A DNA stretch of 64,000 nt, taken from NCBI GenBank assembly GCA_045221575.1, contig JBGUWU010000005.1, forward strand, positions 5,433 to 69,432, given 5' to 3'. Of the stretch, positions 45,561 to 54,613 are shown piece by piece (position 1 is the stretch's first letter; each line of letters opens with the position of its first letter). The notes under the pieces are model-generated. The model made no database searches. It was not told where the DNA came from and saw only the letters and a program-made list of their open reading frames with translations. A program made the translations under genes and the position numbers. This stretch comes from Bacteroidales bacterium. Its GTDB lineage: Bacteria; Bacteroidota; Bacteroidia; Bacteroidales; P3.

Positions 45561-45860
45561 ATGTTTAAAAAGAAACAATATAGAGCAAAGGATTGGAGAA
45601 ATGCGTTTTTATATCAAAATACACCTAATCCATTTAACCAAACAACAGAGATAAAATATTTTCTACCTGAAAACGTTAGTAATGCAAAGATATATGTATT
45701 TGATATGCAAGGAGCATTACAAATGACATTTTCTTTGACAGAAACAGGTTTTGGGATAATATCAATAAGTGCTTCACAACTAAATGCAGGAATGTATTTT
45801 TATACTCTTGTTGTAGATAATAAAGAAGTAGAAACTAAGAAAATGATACTAACAAATTAA
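45561..45860 (+). CDS. orphan T9SS C-terminal sorting domain ORF (possible remnant of a larger gene)
   Basis: 99 aa. Residues ~17-99 (LYQNTPNPFNQTTEIKYFLPENV...GMYFYTLVVDNKEVETKKMILTN) form a complete type A CTD. There is no signal peptide or passenger domain, and no coding potential is visible upstream. Confidence 0.5.
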   Translation: MFKKKQYRAKDWRNAFLYQNTPNPFNQTTEIKYFLPENVSNAKIYVFDMQGALQMTFSLTETGFGIISISASQLNAGMYFYTLVVDNKEVETKKMILTN

Positions 45861-45870
45861 AAAGAGAGTA

Positions 45871-48204
45871 ATGTTTATGAAAAAAACAATAATGTTGATA
45901 GTTAGTATTATCTATCTTTCACCCTTTCTATTTGCTCAAGAACGTATAAAGTGTAACCTATCATTTTCAGGATACACCATAGATAGTGTAGTATTAGGAA
46001 CATCTATCTATAGTACTGTTAGACTGGATAGCATAGAAAATACAATTGATGGAGGTTATCCTGAACTGCCTGTAAAATATGTGCGGTTGTTGTTGCCGAA
46101 AGGTACTACATTAAAAAATTTATCAACCAGGGTGGGAGAAGAGTCTACTCAAGTTTTACCATATACCATAAAAATAACAGAAACTCCTATAAGTATAGGT
46201 AGTGGCACTATTTCAGCAGACACATTAGACAACGCTTCGGATTCATATCCATCAAATAGAACAAAAATAATGAGTGTTGAACATTTTAGAGGTAATACTA
46301 TAGTCACAATAGCAGTTTATCCAATACTTTATTTTCCTAAAACGAATACCATATCTTTTGTGAATAGACTCTCATTAGCATTGACTTATAGTAGGGAGGT
46401 AAAGTATAAACCTAATGATATGTATTTTGATGAGGAAGATAGATACGTATTATCGACAATGGTAGATAATGCAAGTAATGTATCTAATTTTTCTCCTCTT
46501 AATATTATTCCTCCTATAAGCACAAATAGTTGTGAGTATGTAATTGTTACCCAAAGACGATTTATTAAAGCATTTAATGAGTTTATGGATTGGAAAAGGA
46601 GAAAGGGAGTAAGTATTACTGCTATTGCTATTGAAGACATACTAAGCAACCCACTTTATAGTGGTGACTTGATTTCGGGAATTTATGATGATGCAGGAAA
46701 ACTAAGACAATTTTTATATAATTCTTATCAAAATGGAATGAAGTATGTATTATTGGCTGGTGATAGTATACCAATAAGATTTGCTGATAGAAGATATAGT
46801 ACAGATTCAATAGATAATCATAGAATAATTCCTGCAGATTTATATTTTTCGGAATTTGATGGTAATTGGGATTCTAATAATGATGGCTGGTATGGCACAT
46901 CTACAGACAATGTGGATTTTACTTCTGAAGTCTATATTGGCAGAATTATGCCTCGTAATGAAAGGGAAGTAAAGAATTGGATTCGAAAAATATTTACCTA
47001 TGAAATAAATCCAGGAAATGGAGATGGTGAATATTTAACAAGAATGTTTTTTACTCAAGCAGACCATATGCGGGAGAATGGTGGTGAAGTAGATCAATAT
47101 TGGAAACCAAATATATCATGGATGAGTCCTAATGATTATACTGTATGGGATGAAATAGATAGTGAAGAATTACCTATTTCCCCTAAAGGATCAGAGGTGA
47201 TAAATGAGTTTAATACTCATTATGGTGTTTCTTCTTTCTTGGCCCACGGAGGGGCTAATAATGTTGCTGTATCTACTGCAGGAGAGAATGATGATAGCAA
47301 ACCAAAGTACAAAATAACTTCTTTTGATAGTGATTATTCTTTTCAAATAATACAAGAAGAAGGTAATGGCTTTGATAATATGACAAATTATTGCTATCCC
47401 ACCATCTTTTATTCTATGTCCTGTACAACAATGCCATTTGATTATAGCACACCAGATATTTCAGATTTTCTCATTGATTCAAGAACTATGGGAGATGCTT
47501 ATACTTGTGTGGTGAAGGGTGGTGGTCCTGCATATCTTGGTAATACAAGATATGGGCATGTTGTTTTATCATCTAATATGGCAGGTAAGTTTTTATCCGC
47601 TACTTCTATGAACTATTTTTATAATTTGGGGAAATTAGAAAGTTATTCGAAATCTAATACAAATGATAGTTTTATTAAATTTTCTCATAATCTTATGGGT
47701 TGTCCAGAGACGGAATTATGGACGGCAATACCAGAACAAATAAACAATCCCACTTGTTATTATGATGAAACAACAAACAAGTTATATCTTATATCTGGGA
47801 CTTCGGGTGTTAAAGTTTGTGTTAAAAGTGCATTGGATAATGGTAACTCATATTATAATGTAGTAAATATGTCAAATAATTCATCCTTAATTCTAAATAA
47901 TGTGCCTAAGTATTATAATGCTACATTTACCAAACATAACTATTTACCTTTTATTGTTAATCCTGAGAATATTTTCATACAAAATGTCACATGGAATGAT
48001 GATAGAGTTATTAGTTCTGATAAATTTAGCATAGGTACTCAAGTGACAGATTTAGAACCGTATGGAGATGTTGTGATAGATTCTTCATCTAATATTTTAT
48101 TAAAGATGGAAGACTATGTAGAAATATTTAATAATTTTGAAGTAAAATTAGGAGCAAATTTTGAAATAAAGAAAGGAGCAAACTATGAAATCAGTTGCGA
48201 ATAA
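45871..48204 (+). CDS. peptidase C25 (gingipain-like cysteine protease) family protein
   Basis: 777 aa with a signal peptide and a C25 propeptide-like N-terminus (GYPELPVKYVRLLLP). Further motifs are YVIVTQRRF...WKRRKGV, YVLLAGD..IP, catalytic-type His in FLAHGG and Cys in YSMSCTT. It ends in the repeat GANFEIKKGANYEI and has no recognisable T9SS CTD. Confidence 0.8.
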   Translation: MFMKKTIMLIVSIIYLSPFLFAQERIKCNLSFSGYTIDSVVLGTSIYSTVRLDSIENTIDGGYPELPVKYVRLLLPKGTTLKNLSTRVGEESTQVLPYTIKITETPISIGSGTISADTLDNASDSYPSNRTKIMSVEHFRGNTIVTIAVYPILYFPKTNTISFVNRLSLALTYSREVKYKPNDMYFDEEDRYVLSTMVDNASNVSNFSPLNIIPPISTNSCEYVIVTQRRFIKAFNEFMDWKRRKGVSITAIAIEDILSNPLYSGDLISGIYDDAGKLRQFLYNSYQNGMKYVLLAGDSIPIRFADRRYSTDSIDNHRIIPADLYFSEFDGNWDSNNDGWYGTSTDNVDFTSEVYIGRIMPRNEREVKNWIRKIFTYEINPGNGDGEYLTRMFFTQADHMRENGGEVDQYWKPNISWMSPNDYTVWDEIDSEELPISPKGSEVINEFNTHYGVSSFLAHGGANNVAVSTAGENDDSKPKYKITSFDSDYSFQIIQEEGNGFDNMTNYCYPTIFYSMSCTTMPFDYSTPDISDFLIDSRTMGDAYTCVVKGGGPAYLGNTRYGHVVLSSNMAGKFLSATSMNYFYNLGKLESYSKSNTNDSFIKFSHNLMGCPETELWTAIPEQINNPTCYYDETTNKLYLISGTSGVKVCVKSALDNGNSYYNVVNMSNNSSLILNNVPKYYNATFTKHNYLPFIVNPENIFIQNVTWNDDRVISSDKFSIGTQVTDLEPYGDVVIDSSSNILLKMEDYVEIFNNFEVKLGANFEIKKGANYEISCE

Positions 48205-49087
48205 AATGATGTTATGTTTAGTGCTTGGCATACTATGTTTAAACCTTAAAGCACAAGATTATGAGTATAAACCATTAGTAAAGTCTAATGCTTATTGGGT
48301 ATGGGATCAGAATAGTGGCAACAATGTATATTATCGTACTGTCAGAATTTTAGATGAAGATACAATTATAAATGATGTATCGTACAAAAAAGTTGTTTAT
48401 TATGAATACGGTTGTAATTATTTCACAGGCAGCGTTATCAGAGAAGAAGAATATGCGCTTGGAATGAGAGAAGAAGATTCGAAAGTATATCGTACTTTTC
48501 CACATGGGGATGGAGAACAACTATTGTATGACTTTTCACTTTCTGTTGGTGATAGTATGGATATAGTTGAGAGTGAAGGCTTATTTTACTTACGTTTGGT
48601 ATCTATTGAAGATACAATCTTAAACAACAACATATACAAACGTTTTAACTTTACTTATTGTTGCTCGGAGGAGGATTGTACTAACGATGTTATTGTTTGT
48701 TCTTGGATAGAAGGAATAGGTAATATTGACGGTCTTTTCTATAATCTGATATATTATGTCATTCCATCAGATGATGGAGGTAATTTGCGTTGTTATGAAT
48801 ATGATGGAGATTTGGTATATCATAATAGCGATTGGTATGATGGTTGCGAAAATTATTTAGAAATAAAAGGAGTAGAAGAAGATGAAATAGTTTTTTATCC
48901 AAATCCAGCAAAAGAGTACATAACTTTAGAAGCAGAAGATGATATATTTATTTTTAATTCTCTTGGGCAAGAAGTAAAGCAAGTAAGAGCTACAAAAGGA
49001 AAAATAACAATAAATATTTCAAATTTTCCACAAGGAATCTACTACCTAAAAGCAGGAAACAAAAGACAAAAACTTGTTAAACAATAA
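48185..49087 (+). CDS. secreted hypothetical protein with T9SS C-terminal sorting domain
   Basis: 300 aa with a signal peptide and C-terminal FYPNPAKEYITLEA...QGIYYLKAGNKRQKLVKQ. 20-nt overlap with the C25 gene. Confidence 0.75.
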   Translation: MKSVANKMMLCLVLGILCLNLKAQDYEYKPLVKSNAYWVWDQNSGNNVYYRTVRILDEDTIINDVSYKKVVYYEYGCNYFTGSVIREEEYALGMREEDSKVYRTFPHGDGEQLLYDFSLSVGDSMDIVESEGLFYLRLVSIEDTILNNNIYKRFNFTYCCSEEDCTNDVIVCSWIEGIGNIDGLFYNLIYYVIPSDDGGNLRCYEYDGDLVYHNSDWYDGCENYLEIKGVEEDEIVFYPNPAKEYITLEAEDDIFIFNSLGQEVKQVRATKGKITINISNFPQGIYYLKAGNKRQKLVKQ

Positions 49088-49096
49088 ATCCTTAAC

Positions 49097-49134
49097 AAAA
49101 AAGCGACTATTAAATAAAAATAGTCGCTTTTTTA
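49097..49134. terminator. bidirectional terminator between convergent genes
   Basis: Stem agcgactat / atagtcgct with a 9-nt loop, an A run on the left and a T run on the right. Confidence 0.75.
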
Positions 49135-49148
49135 TATTTGATAACAGA

Positions 49149-49709
49149 TTACTCTTGTGGAGTTAGGTTAAAACCTTCAGGGTGTTTTGCACTTATCCCT
49201 CTGTAAAAATTTTCTATAGCAACAAAATCTTCAGCGTAGTTGCCTGTAGGATATATAGGCGTTGGGTTTATACCACATTCTTTCTTCTTGTAGTCTATCC
49301 AAGCCATAAAGATAGGTTTATTGCTTTGTTGTGCTATAAAATAATATCCTTTCTTCCAATTATTAGTACGTTTTCTTGTACCCTCTGGAGTAAGGACAAG
49401 AGAGAAGTTTTTATTATCTTTCAGTTCTTTAATAATATCATCAAAGAAACCTTTGCCGTCTTTACCTCTATTTACAGGCACTGCACCTAAGCCTCTAAGC
49501 ACAAAGCCAAGAGGAAAGAAAAATAACTCTTTCTTTATAAGGAAGTGGCAGTTTATACCTAAACCCCAAAGACCTGCTCTGCCAATAACAAAGTCCCACA
49601 TAGAAGTATGAGGAGCTTCAATAATAACGGCGTTTTTCATCTTTACGTCAAAATCTCCATAAAGACGAAAACCGCCGAGTTTTAAAATAAATCTACCTAA
49701 TCGTTTCAT
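49149..49709 (-). CDS. lysophospholipid (1-acyl-sn-glycerol-3-phosphate-type) acyltransferase family protein
   Basis: 186 aa with HX4D motif HTSMWD and TPEGTR. Confidence 0.75.
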   Translation of the reverse strand: MKRLGRFILKLGGFRLYGDFDVKMKNAVIIEAPHTSMWDFVIGRAGLWGLGINCHFLIKKELFFFPLGFVLRGLGAVPVNRGKDGKGFFDDIIKELKDNKNFSLVLTPEGTRKRTNNWKKGYYFIAQQSNKPIFMAWIDYKKKECGINPTPIYPTGNYAEDFVAIENFYRGISAKHPEGFNLTPQE

Positions 49710-50911
49710 TATTTTGAAAGTTCGTAGGTGTCTTTTGCGATAACATATTCTTCATCTGTTGTTACAGAAAGAATCTTCACTGTACTTTCAGGTGTAGAGA
49801 TAACGCCATCTTGTCCTGCCATTTGTTCATTAACTTTCTTGTCAATGATAGCACCAAGGAACTCTAAGCCATTGCAAATCTCTTGTCTTTGCCACCAAGC
49901 GTTTTCTCCGATGCCTCCTGTGAAAAGGATAATATCTACACCACCCATAGCAGCAGCATAAGCACCAATATATTTCTTTACTCTGTAAGCAAAGACATCA
50001 AAAGCATTGCTTTCTCTTTCTTTACCCTCTCGTTTAGCAGCCATAATATCTCTCATATCTACTACGCCACCTGTCAAACCTTTTAAACCACATTGTTTGT
50101 TAAGGAAGTTGTTAGTTTGTTTGTAATCCCAACCTTCTTTTTCTGCAATGTATAACAAAGCTCCAACATCTAAATCACCACAACGAGAACCCATAACCAA
50201 ACCTTCCAATGGAGTAAATCCCATAGAAGTGTCTATACTTTCACCATTCTTTACTGCACATATAGAAGCACCACTACCAAGATGGCAAGAAATAATCTTA
50301 GCATTTTTTACGTCCATGCCAACCATTTTAGCTGCTTTTGGAGCAACAAAACGGTGTGATGTTCCGTGAAAACCGTATCTACGTATTCTGTCGTTTAGAT
50401 AATATTCATAAGGAATACCATAAAGAAAAGCTTCTTTTGGCATAGTGTGATGGAAAGCTGTATCAAATACTGCTACCTGTGGTTTGCCAGGAAGAAGAGC
50501 TTGCATAGCTTCAATACCTGCAAGGTTGCCAGGAGTATGCAAAGGAGCCAAAGGAGTAAGTTCTCTGATGCTGTTCTTTACATCGTCATTAACAAGAACA
50601 CTCTTAGTGAATTTTTCTCCACCATGTGCTACTCTATGTCCGCAAGCTTGAATCTCGTCCAAAGATTTGATAACTCCTAATTTTTCATCAGTAAGAGCCT
50701 TTAGAACAATGTTGATTCCTGCTTTGTGATCAGCGATAGGCAATTGTTCATAATGTTTTTCTCCATTGGCTTTGTGAGTAAATTCTCCCATCTCTAAGCC
50801 AATTCTTTCCAAAAGACCTTTTGCCAAAAGTTTTGACTCATTGTCATTGATAATATCTATCAACTGGTATTTGATAGATGAACTTCCGCAATTTAAAACA
50901 AGTATTTTCAT
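49709..50911 (-). CDS. ackA: acetate kinase
   Basis: MKILVLNCGSSSIKYQL, GHRVAHGG, FHGTSH. The track ORF reaches 50956 and would overlap the ychF 3' end, so I use the ATG at 50911. Confidence 0.95.
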   Translation of the reverse strand: MKILVLNCGSSSIKYQLIDIINDNESKLLAKGLLERIGLEMGEFTHKANGEKHYEQLPIADHKAGINIVLKALTDEKLGVIKSLDEIQACGHRVAHGGEKFTKSVLVNDDVKNSIRELTPLAPLHTPGNLAGIEAMQALLPGKPQVAVFDTAFHHTMPKEAFLYGIPYEYYLNDRIRRYGFHGTSHRFVAPKAAKMVGMDVKNAKIISCHLGSGASICAVKNGESIDTSMGFTPLEGLVMGSRCGDLDVGALLYIAEKEGWDYKQTNNFLNKQCGLKGLTGGVVDMRDIMAAKREGKERESNAFDVFAYRVKKYIGAYAAAMGGVDIILFTGGIGENAWWQRQEICNGLEFLGAIIDKKVNEQMAGQDGVISTPESTVKILSVTTDEEYVIAKDTYELSK

Positions 50912-50948
50912 TATCGTATTTTTTTTGATTTGTTTAATATTAAGGTTT

Positions 50949-52052
50949 CTAAACATTAAATCTGAAGTGCATTATATCGCCATCTTGAACAACATAATCT
51001 TTTCCTTCTATGGCTATCTTGCCAGCCTCTTTGCAAGCAGCCTCACTTCTATAATGTACATAGTCATCATACTTTATCACTTCTGCACGTATAAATCCTT
51101 TTTCAAAGTCAGAGTGTATTACTCCGGCACATTGAGGGGCTTTATCTCCCTTGTGGAAAGTCCAAGCACGAGTCTCTTTTGGTCCAGTGGTAAGAAAAGT
51201 CTCAAGGTTCAACATCTTGTAAGCAGATTTTATCAAACGATTTACTCCACTTTCTTTTAAACCTAACTCTTCTAAGAACATAAGTTTTTCTTCGTAAGTA
51301 TCTAACTCAGCGATGTCTTCTTCTGTTTTGGCTGCTATGATAAGAACTTCTGCATGTTCTTTTTCTGCCATGGCTTTCACGCTATCAACGTAAGCATTGC
51401 CTTCTTTGCAACTTTTTTCATCAACATTGCAAACATATAATATAGGCTTTGCAGTAAGTAGGCATAGTTCTTTGGCTGCAAGTGTTAGATCTTTATTGTC
51501 AAAAGTTATCTCTCTTGCATTCTTTCCTTGTTCTAATATTTCTTTATATGCTTTGATAACTTCAAAACTATCTTTGGCTTTCTTATCTCCTCCAACCTTA
51601 GCAATCTTTTCTGTTTTTGCATAACGAGATTCTATTGTTTCCAAATCCTTAAGTTGAAGTTCCATATCTATTATTTCCTTATCTCTGATAGGATCAACAC
51701 TTCCATCTACATGAACAATATTGTCATCGTCAAAACAACGTAAAACCTCTATTATAGCATCGCACTCTCTTATGTTTCCTAAGAATTTGTTTCCTAATCC
51801 TTCACCTTTGCTTGCTCCTTTAACCAAGCCAGCAATATCTACGATTTCTACTGTTGTAGGAACTATTTTTTCAGGTTTATCTATCTCAGCTAAGATATTC
51901 AAACGTTCGTCTGGTACGCTTATCATACCAACGTTTGGCTCAATAGTGCAGAAAGGAAAATTTGCAGACTGAGCCTTGGAGTTACTTAGACAATTAAATA
52001 AAGTTGATTTGCCTACATTAGGCAAACCAACTATACCACACTTTAATGACAT
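50949..52052 (-). CDS. ychF: redox-regulated ATPase YchF
   Basis: 367 aa. GIVGLPNVGKSTLFN, TGS-like C-terminus (VQDGDIMHFRFNV). Confidence 0.95.
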   Translation of the reverse strand: MSLKCGIVGLPNVGKSTLFNCLSNSKAQSANFPFCTIEPNVGMISVPDERLNILAEIDKPEKIVPTTVEIVDIAGLVKGASKGEGLGNKFLGNIRECDAIIEVLRCFDDDNIVHVDGSVDPIRDKEIIDMELQLKDLETIESRYAKTEKIAKVGGDKKAKDSFEVIKAYKEILEQGKNAREITFDNKDLTLAAKELCLLTAKPILYVCNVDEKSCKEGNAYVDSVKAMAEKEHAEVLIIAAKTEEDIAELDTYEEKLMFLEELGLKESGVNRLIKSAYKMLNLETFLTTGPKETRAWTFHKGDKAPQCAGVIHSDFEKGFIRAEVIKYDDYVHYRSEAACKEAGKIAIEGKDYVVQDGDIMHFRFNV

Positions 52053-52064
52053 ATTAATAATGTA

Positions 52065-53465
52065 TTATTTTTTATCAGATTTCTTTGCTGACTCATCGGC
52101 TTTTTGTACTTCTTTGATAAATTCGTCTGAATTTACTTTCTTAACATTTACAGAAGTCTTGTCTTTTAGTATTTGAGTCATTTGTCTGTCAAGTAAGAAA
52201 TTATAAACTTGTTGAGTTTGTTCTCTCTCATTTAACATATCTTTTGCAATCTTGTCTAACCTTTGGTCAAACTCTTTCTGTTGTTCTTCTGTTTGGTCAG
52301 GCATAGGAGGGAAATAGTTAGGTAAAAGTTCTGTTTTATAATAATTGATTATATCTTCATCTTTTACTTTTATGTCGTTTTCCTCTATTATCTTACCCTC
52401 TATAAGTTGCCATTTAACACCATCAAGATATTTGTCAGCATCTTTTTCTATTGTTTCCTTAGTCATCTTACCTTCAGATGTCTCAACTAACCAACGTTTC
52501 AAAAATTCTTCAGGAAGATCTATCTTAGTATTCTTTACAAGCTGTTCACTAACTTTATTAAGGAAGTAGTTATCAGATTGTTGAGTGTATGTCTTGCAAA
52601 TATCTTCTTTTGCTACTTGAACAAATTCTGCCTCAGTTTTAATATCTTTGTCTTTGTAAGCACGTTTAAAGAACTCTTCGTTCATTTCTGCCATATTCAT
52701 TCTTTGAATATTGTCTATAGTGTATGAACAGTCTGAAGTAAATTCTTTGCATTCCTCTGCTGTCTTATGTAAAACAGTAGCAAGTTGATTAACGTCTTTG
52801 AATGCTTTGTGAGGTTTGAATGTTATTTTAGCATCTTTCTTTTTTCCAATGAATTTGTCTTTTATAGTCTTTAAAGCTATACGATCTACAAAGATAGTAG
52901 CGTTAGTGTCTATTCCGTTTTCTTTCTTTGTACCATCTTCTTCTAATTCCTCTAAATGACCATAAAGCATATCTTTTTCACCCACTGTTTCAGGATTTTC
53001 TAATTTACCATAACGTAAACGAATATCCTCAACAAACTTATTTAGGTTTTCTTCTGTAGGCTCTATTTCGAAAAGAGTTGTCTTTTCTTTCTTTAAATCA
53101 AGGGTGAATTCTGGTTGAACAGCAATATCAAAATAAAAAGCAAAAGTTGTATCAGTGTCCCAATCAATCTTTGGAGTCTTTTCATTGTTTGCCAATGGAG
53201 AACCTAATACCTTGATCTTATTGTCTGAAATATATTTGTAAAGATTATCAGACATTAGTCTTTCTACTTCTTGTGCCTTGATAGGAGTTTCATACATTTT
53301 CTTAACCATTGCTAAAGGCACTTGACCAGGACGGAAACCTGGCATATTTACTTTTTTTCTTTGATCTTTAAGTTGTTTTTCTACTTGCTCTCTATAGTCG
53401 CTCTCCTGTAATTCTATTTTCAAAGAGAAAGTTAAATCTCCTGTTTTTTCTTGACTTACGTTCAT
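52065..53465 (-). CDS. tig: trigger factor
   Basis: 466 aa. N-terminal ribosome-binding motif GFRPGQVP. Size and charge pattern typical of Bacteroidota Tig. Confidence 0.9.
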   Translation of the reverse strand: MNVSQEKTGDLTFSLKIELQESDYREQVEKQLKDQRKKVNMPGFRPGQVPLAMVKKMYETPIKAQEVERLMSDNLYKYISDNKIKVLGSPLANNEKTPKIDWDTDTTFAFYFDIAVQPEFTLDLKKEKTTLFEIEPTEENLNKFVEDIRLRYGKLENPETVGEKDMLYGHLEELEEDGTKKENGIDTNATIFVDRIALKTIKDKFIGKKKDAKITFKPHKAFKDVNQLATVLHKTAEECKEFTSDCSYTIDNIQRMNMAEMNEEFFKRAYKDKDIKTEAEFVQVAKEDICKTYTQQSDNYFLNKVSEQLVKNTKIDLPEEFLKRWLVETSEGKMTKETIEKDADKYLDGVKWQLIEGKIIEENDIKVKDEDIINYYKTELLPNYFPPMPDQTEEQQKEFDQRLDKIAKDMLNEREQTQQVYNFLLDRQMTQILKDKTSVNVKKVNSDEFIKEVQKADESAKKSDKK

Positions 53466-53514
53466 TGTATTAAAAATCTTTTATCTGTTTTATTATTTAT
53501 CTTTTATTTTCGTG

Positions 53515-53522
53515 CAAAATTA
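53515..53522 (-). promoter_or_regulatory. Bacteroidota -7 promoter box (TAnnTTTG)
   Basis: Plus-strand caaaatta = TAATTTTG on the minus strand, 50 nt upstream of the tig ATG (53465). Confidence 0.55.
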
Positions 53523-53552
53523 CAAAGAAATATTGTATTACAAAAAAATTAT

Positions 53553-54584
53553 CTATTCAACAATGGTAATCACTTTCTTTAACTCTATCCAGAAACTGCT
53601 TGACACGTTTGATTGATTGATAACTTTAGAAGCTATATTTCTTGAAGCAAACAAACCATAACCATTACGGATATTAGAATACATAGGTTTGTAGTTCAAA
53701 GAAGTTTGAGCAGCATTGTTAGCAGACATATAATCTGCCATATCCTTGTTACTACCATATACCTTTATAACAAAGTTGTGTGTGGCTGTTGGCTTGATTT
53801 TAGTTTGACCTTTTTTATTTAGTTCTTCTTTTATTTTAAGAATAAGATCATTAATGGTTACACGGATAGAGTTATCTTGTTGTGTTGTTCCGCTTACTGC
53901 TCTTGACATTATAGGCATACTGACAGAATCTACAACGTTTGTTCCATCTTTGCCATAATAGAACACAATATCCATTTGAAAAAACTTTGCTTTGTTTAGT
54001 TCTGATGCACTATTATTACTGTAACCGGTCCAATGAATATCTTTGAAATCATCTAAATGATTAGGACTATTAACGTTCGCTACTTGAAATCTTAAATCTG
54101 AAGAAGTAATCTCAAACTCATTAACCATATAAGTAGAAGAGGAAACTGTTAATCCTGTTTTAAGGTTTTTTATTACAAGTTTATAGAAAGTATAGTTTTG
54201 CAATTCATTTTTAGTTACACAATAATATATAGGGCTGCTTCCGTTAGAATAAAACGTGCCATTGTTTTTTTCTCTTGTAGTATAAGAAAAAGAGAATGTT
54301 TTTTTTGCATTGTTAGTGTCGTCTAAGGTATAAGCATAAAGTTTTACATCTAAATCTCCATCTTGATAATAGATGCTATCTTTGTTACTCGCATATTCAA
54401 CAGCATTACCTTTGCCAAGAAAACATCTTTCTATTCTTACAAATGTTGTATCTGAGTTTTTATCTAAAAGACAATAAACCATCATCTGTTCAGAATAATC
54501 TCCCTCCGGAGAGAACTCTGCTTCACAAGCTGCAAGAGTGAAGAGTATTAAAACCAAAGACAATGCAAAATAAAACTTTTTCAT
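53553..54584 (-). CDS. lipoprotein, DUF4249-like
   Basis: The track ORF starts at a TTG (54638) and overlaps arcC. The in-frame ATG 18 codons downstream gives MKKFYFALSLVLILFTLAAC (lipobox). Family name is from memory of the VYCLLD...FVRIER pattern. The start coordinate is derived from the track frame. Confidence 0.5.
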   Translation of the reverse strand: MKKFYFALSLVLILFTLAACEAEFSPEGDYSEQMMVYCLLDKNSDTTFVRIERCFLGKGNAVEYASNKDSIYYQDGDLDVKLYAYTLDDTNNAKKTFSFSYTTREKNNGTFYSNGSSPIYYCVTKNELQNYTFYKLVIKNLKTGLTVSSSTYMVNEFEITSSDLRFQVANVNSPNHLDDFKDIHWTGYSNNSASELNKAKFFQMDIVFYYGKDGTNVVDSVSMPIMSRAVSGTTQQDNSIRVTINDLILKIKEELNKKGQTKIKPTATHNFVIKVYGSNKDMADYMSANNAAQTSLNYKPMYSNIRNGYGLFASRNIASKVINQSNVSSSFWIELKKVITIVE

Positions 54585-54613
54585 TTTTTCTTTATTTTTT
54601 ACAATAAAATTTG

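Noticed and set aside
44502-49134. Genomic island integrated at tRNA-His (tRNA + repeats + protease genes).
   Set aside because: The accessory-looking DNA lies on the 5' side of the tRNA gene, whereas integrases target the 3' end. I see no duplicated tRNA 3' fragment and no integrase. The era gene abuts the 3' side normally.
14136-52052. Broken classical syntenies: mreCD without mreB, clpX without clpP, ackA without pta, frr without pyrH/tsf.
   Set aside because: Scattered housekeeping gene order is common in Bacteroidota, and the partners are probably elsewhere in the genome. It cannot be evaluated from one window.
792-54000. About 55 track ORFs of 60-140 aa that lie entirely inside longer genes on the opposite strand or in another frame. 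Examples: 792-1043, 1496-1828, 2098-2397, 3170-3577, 4304-4603, 6425-6721, 7186-7455, 13205-13396, 21902-22165, 27740-28081, 34136-34474, 49182-49490, 50841-51260, 55130-55543.
   Set aside because: Each is fully shadowed by a gene with clear family motifs. Their translations are low-complexity (Ser/Leu/Phe/Cys-rich), with no motifs, no promoter box and no sensible start context. They are typical antisense artefacts of AT-rich coding DNA.
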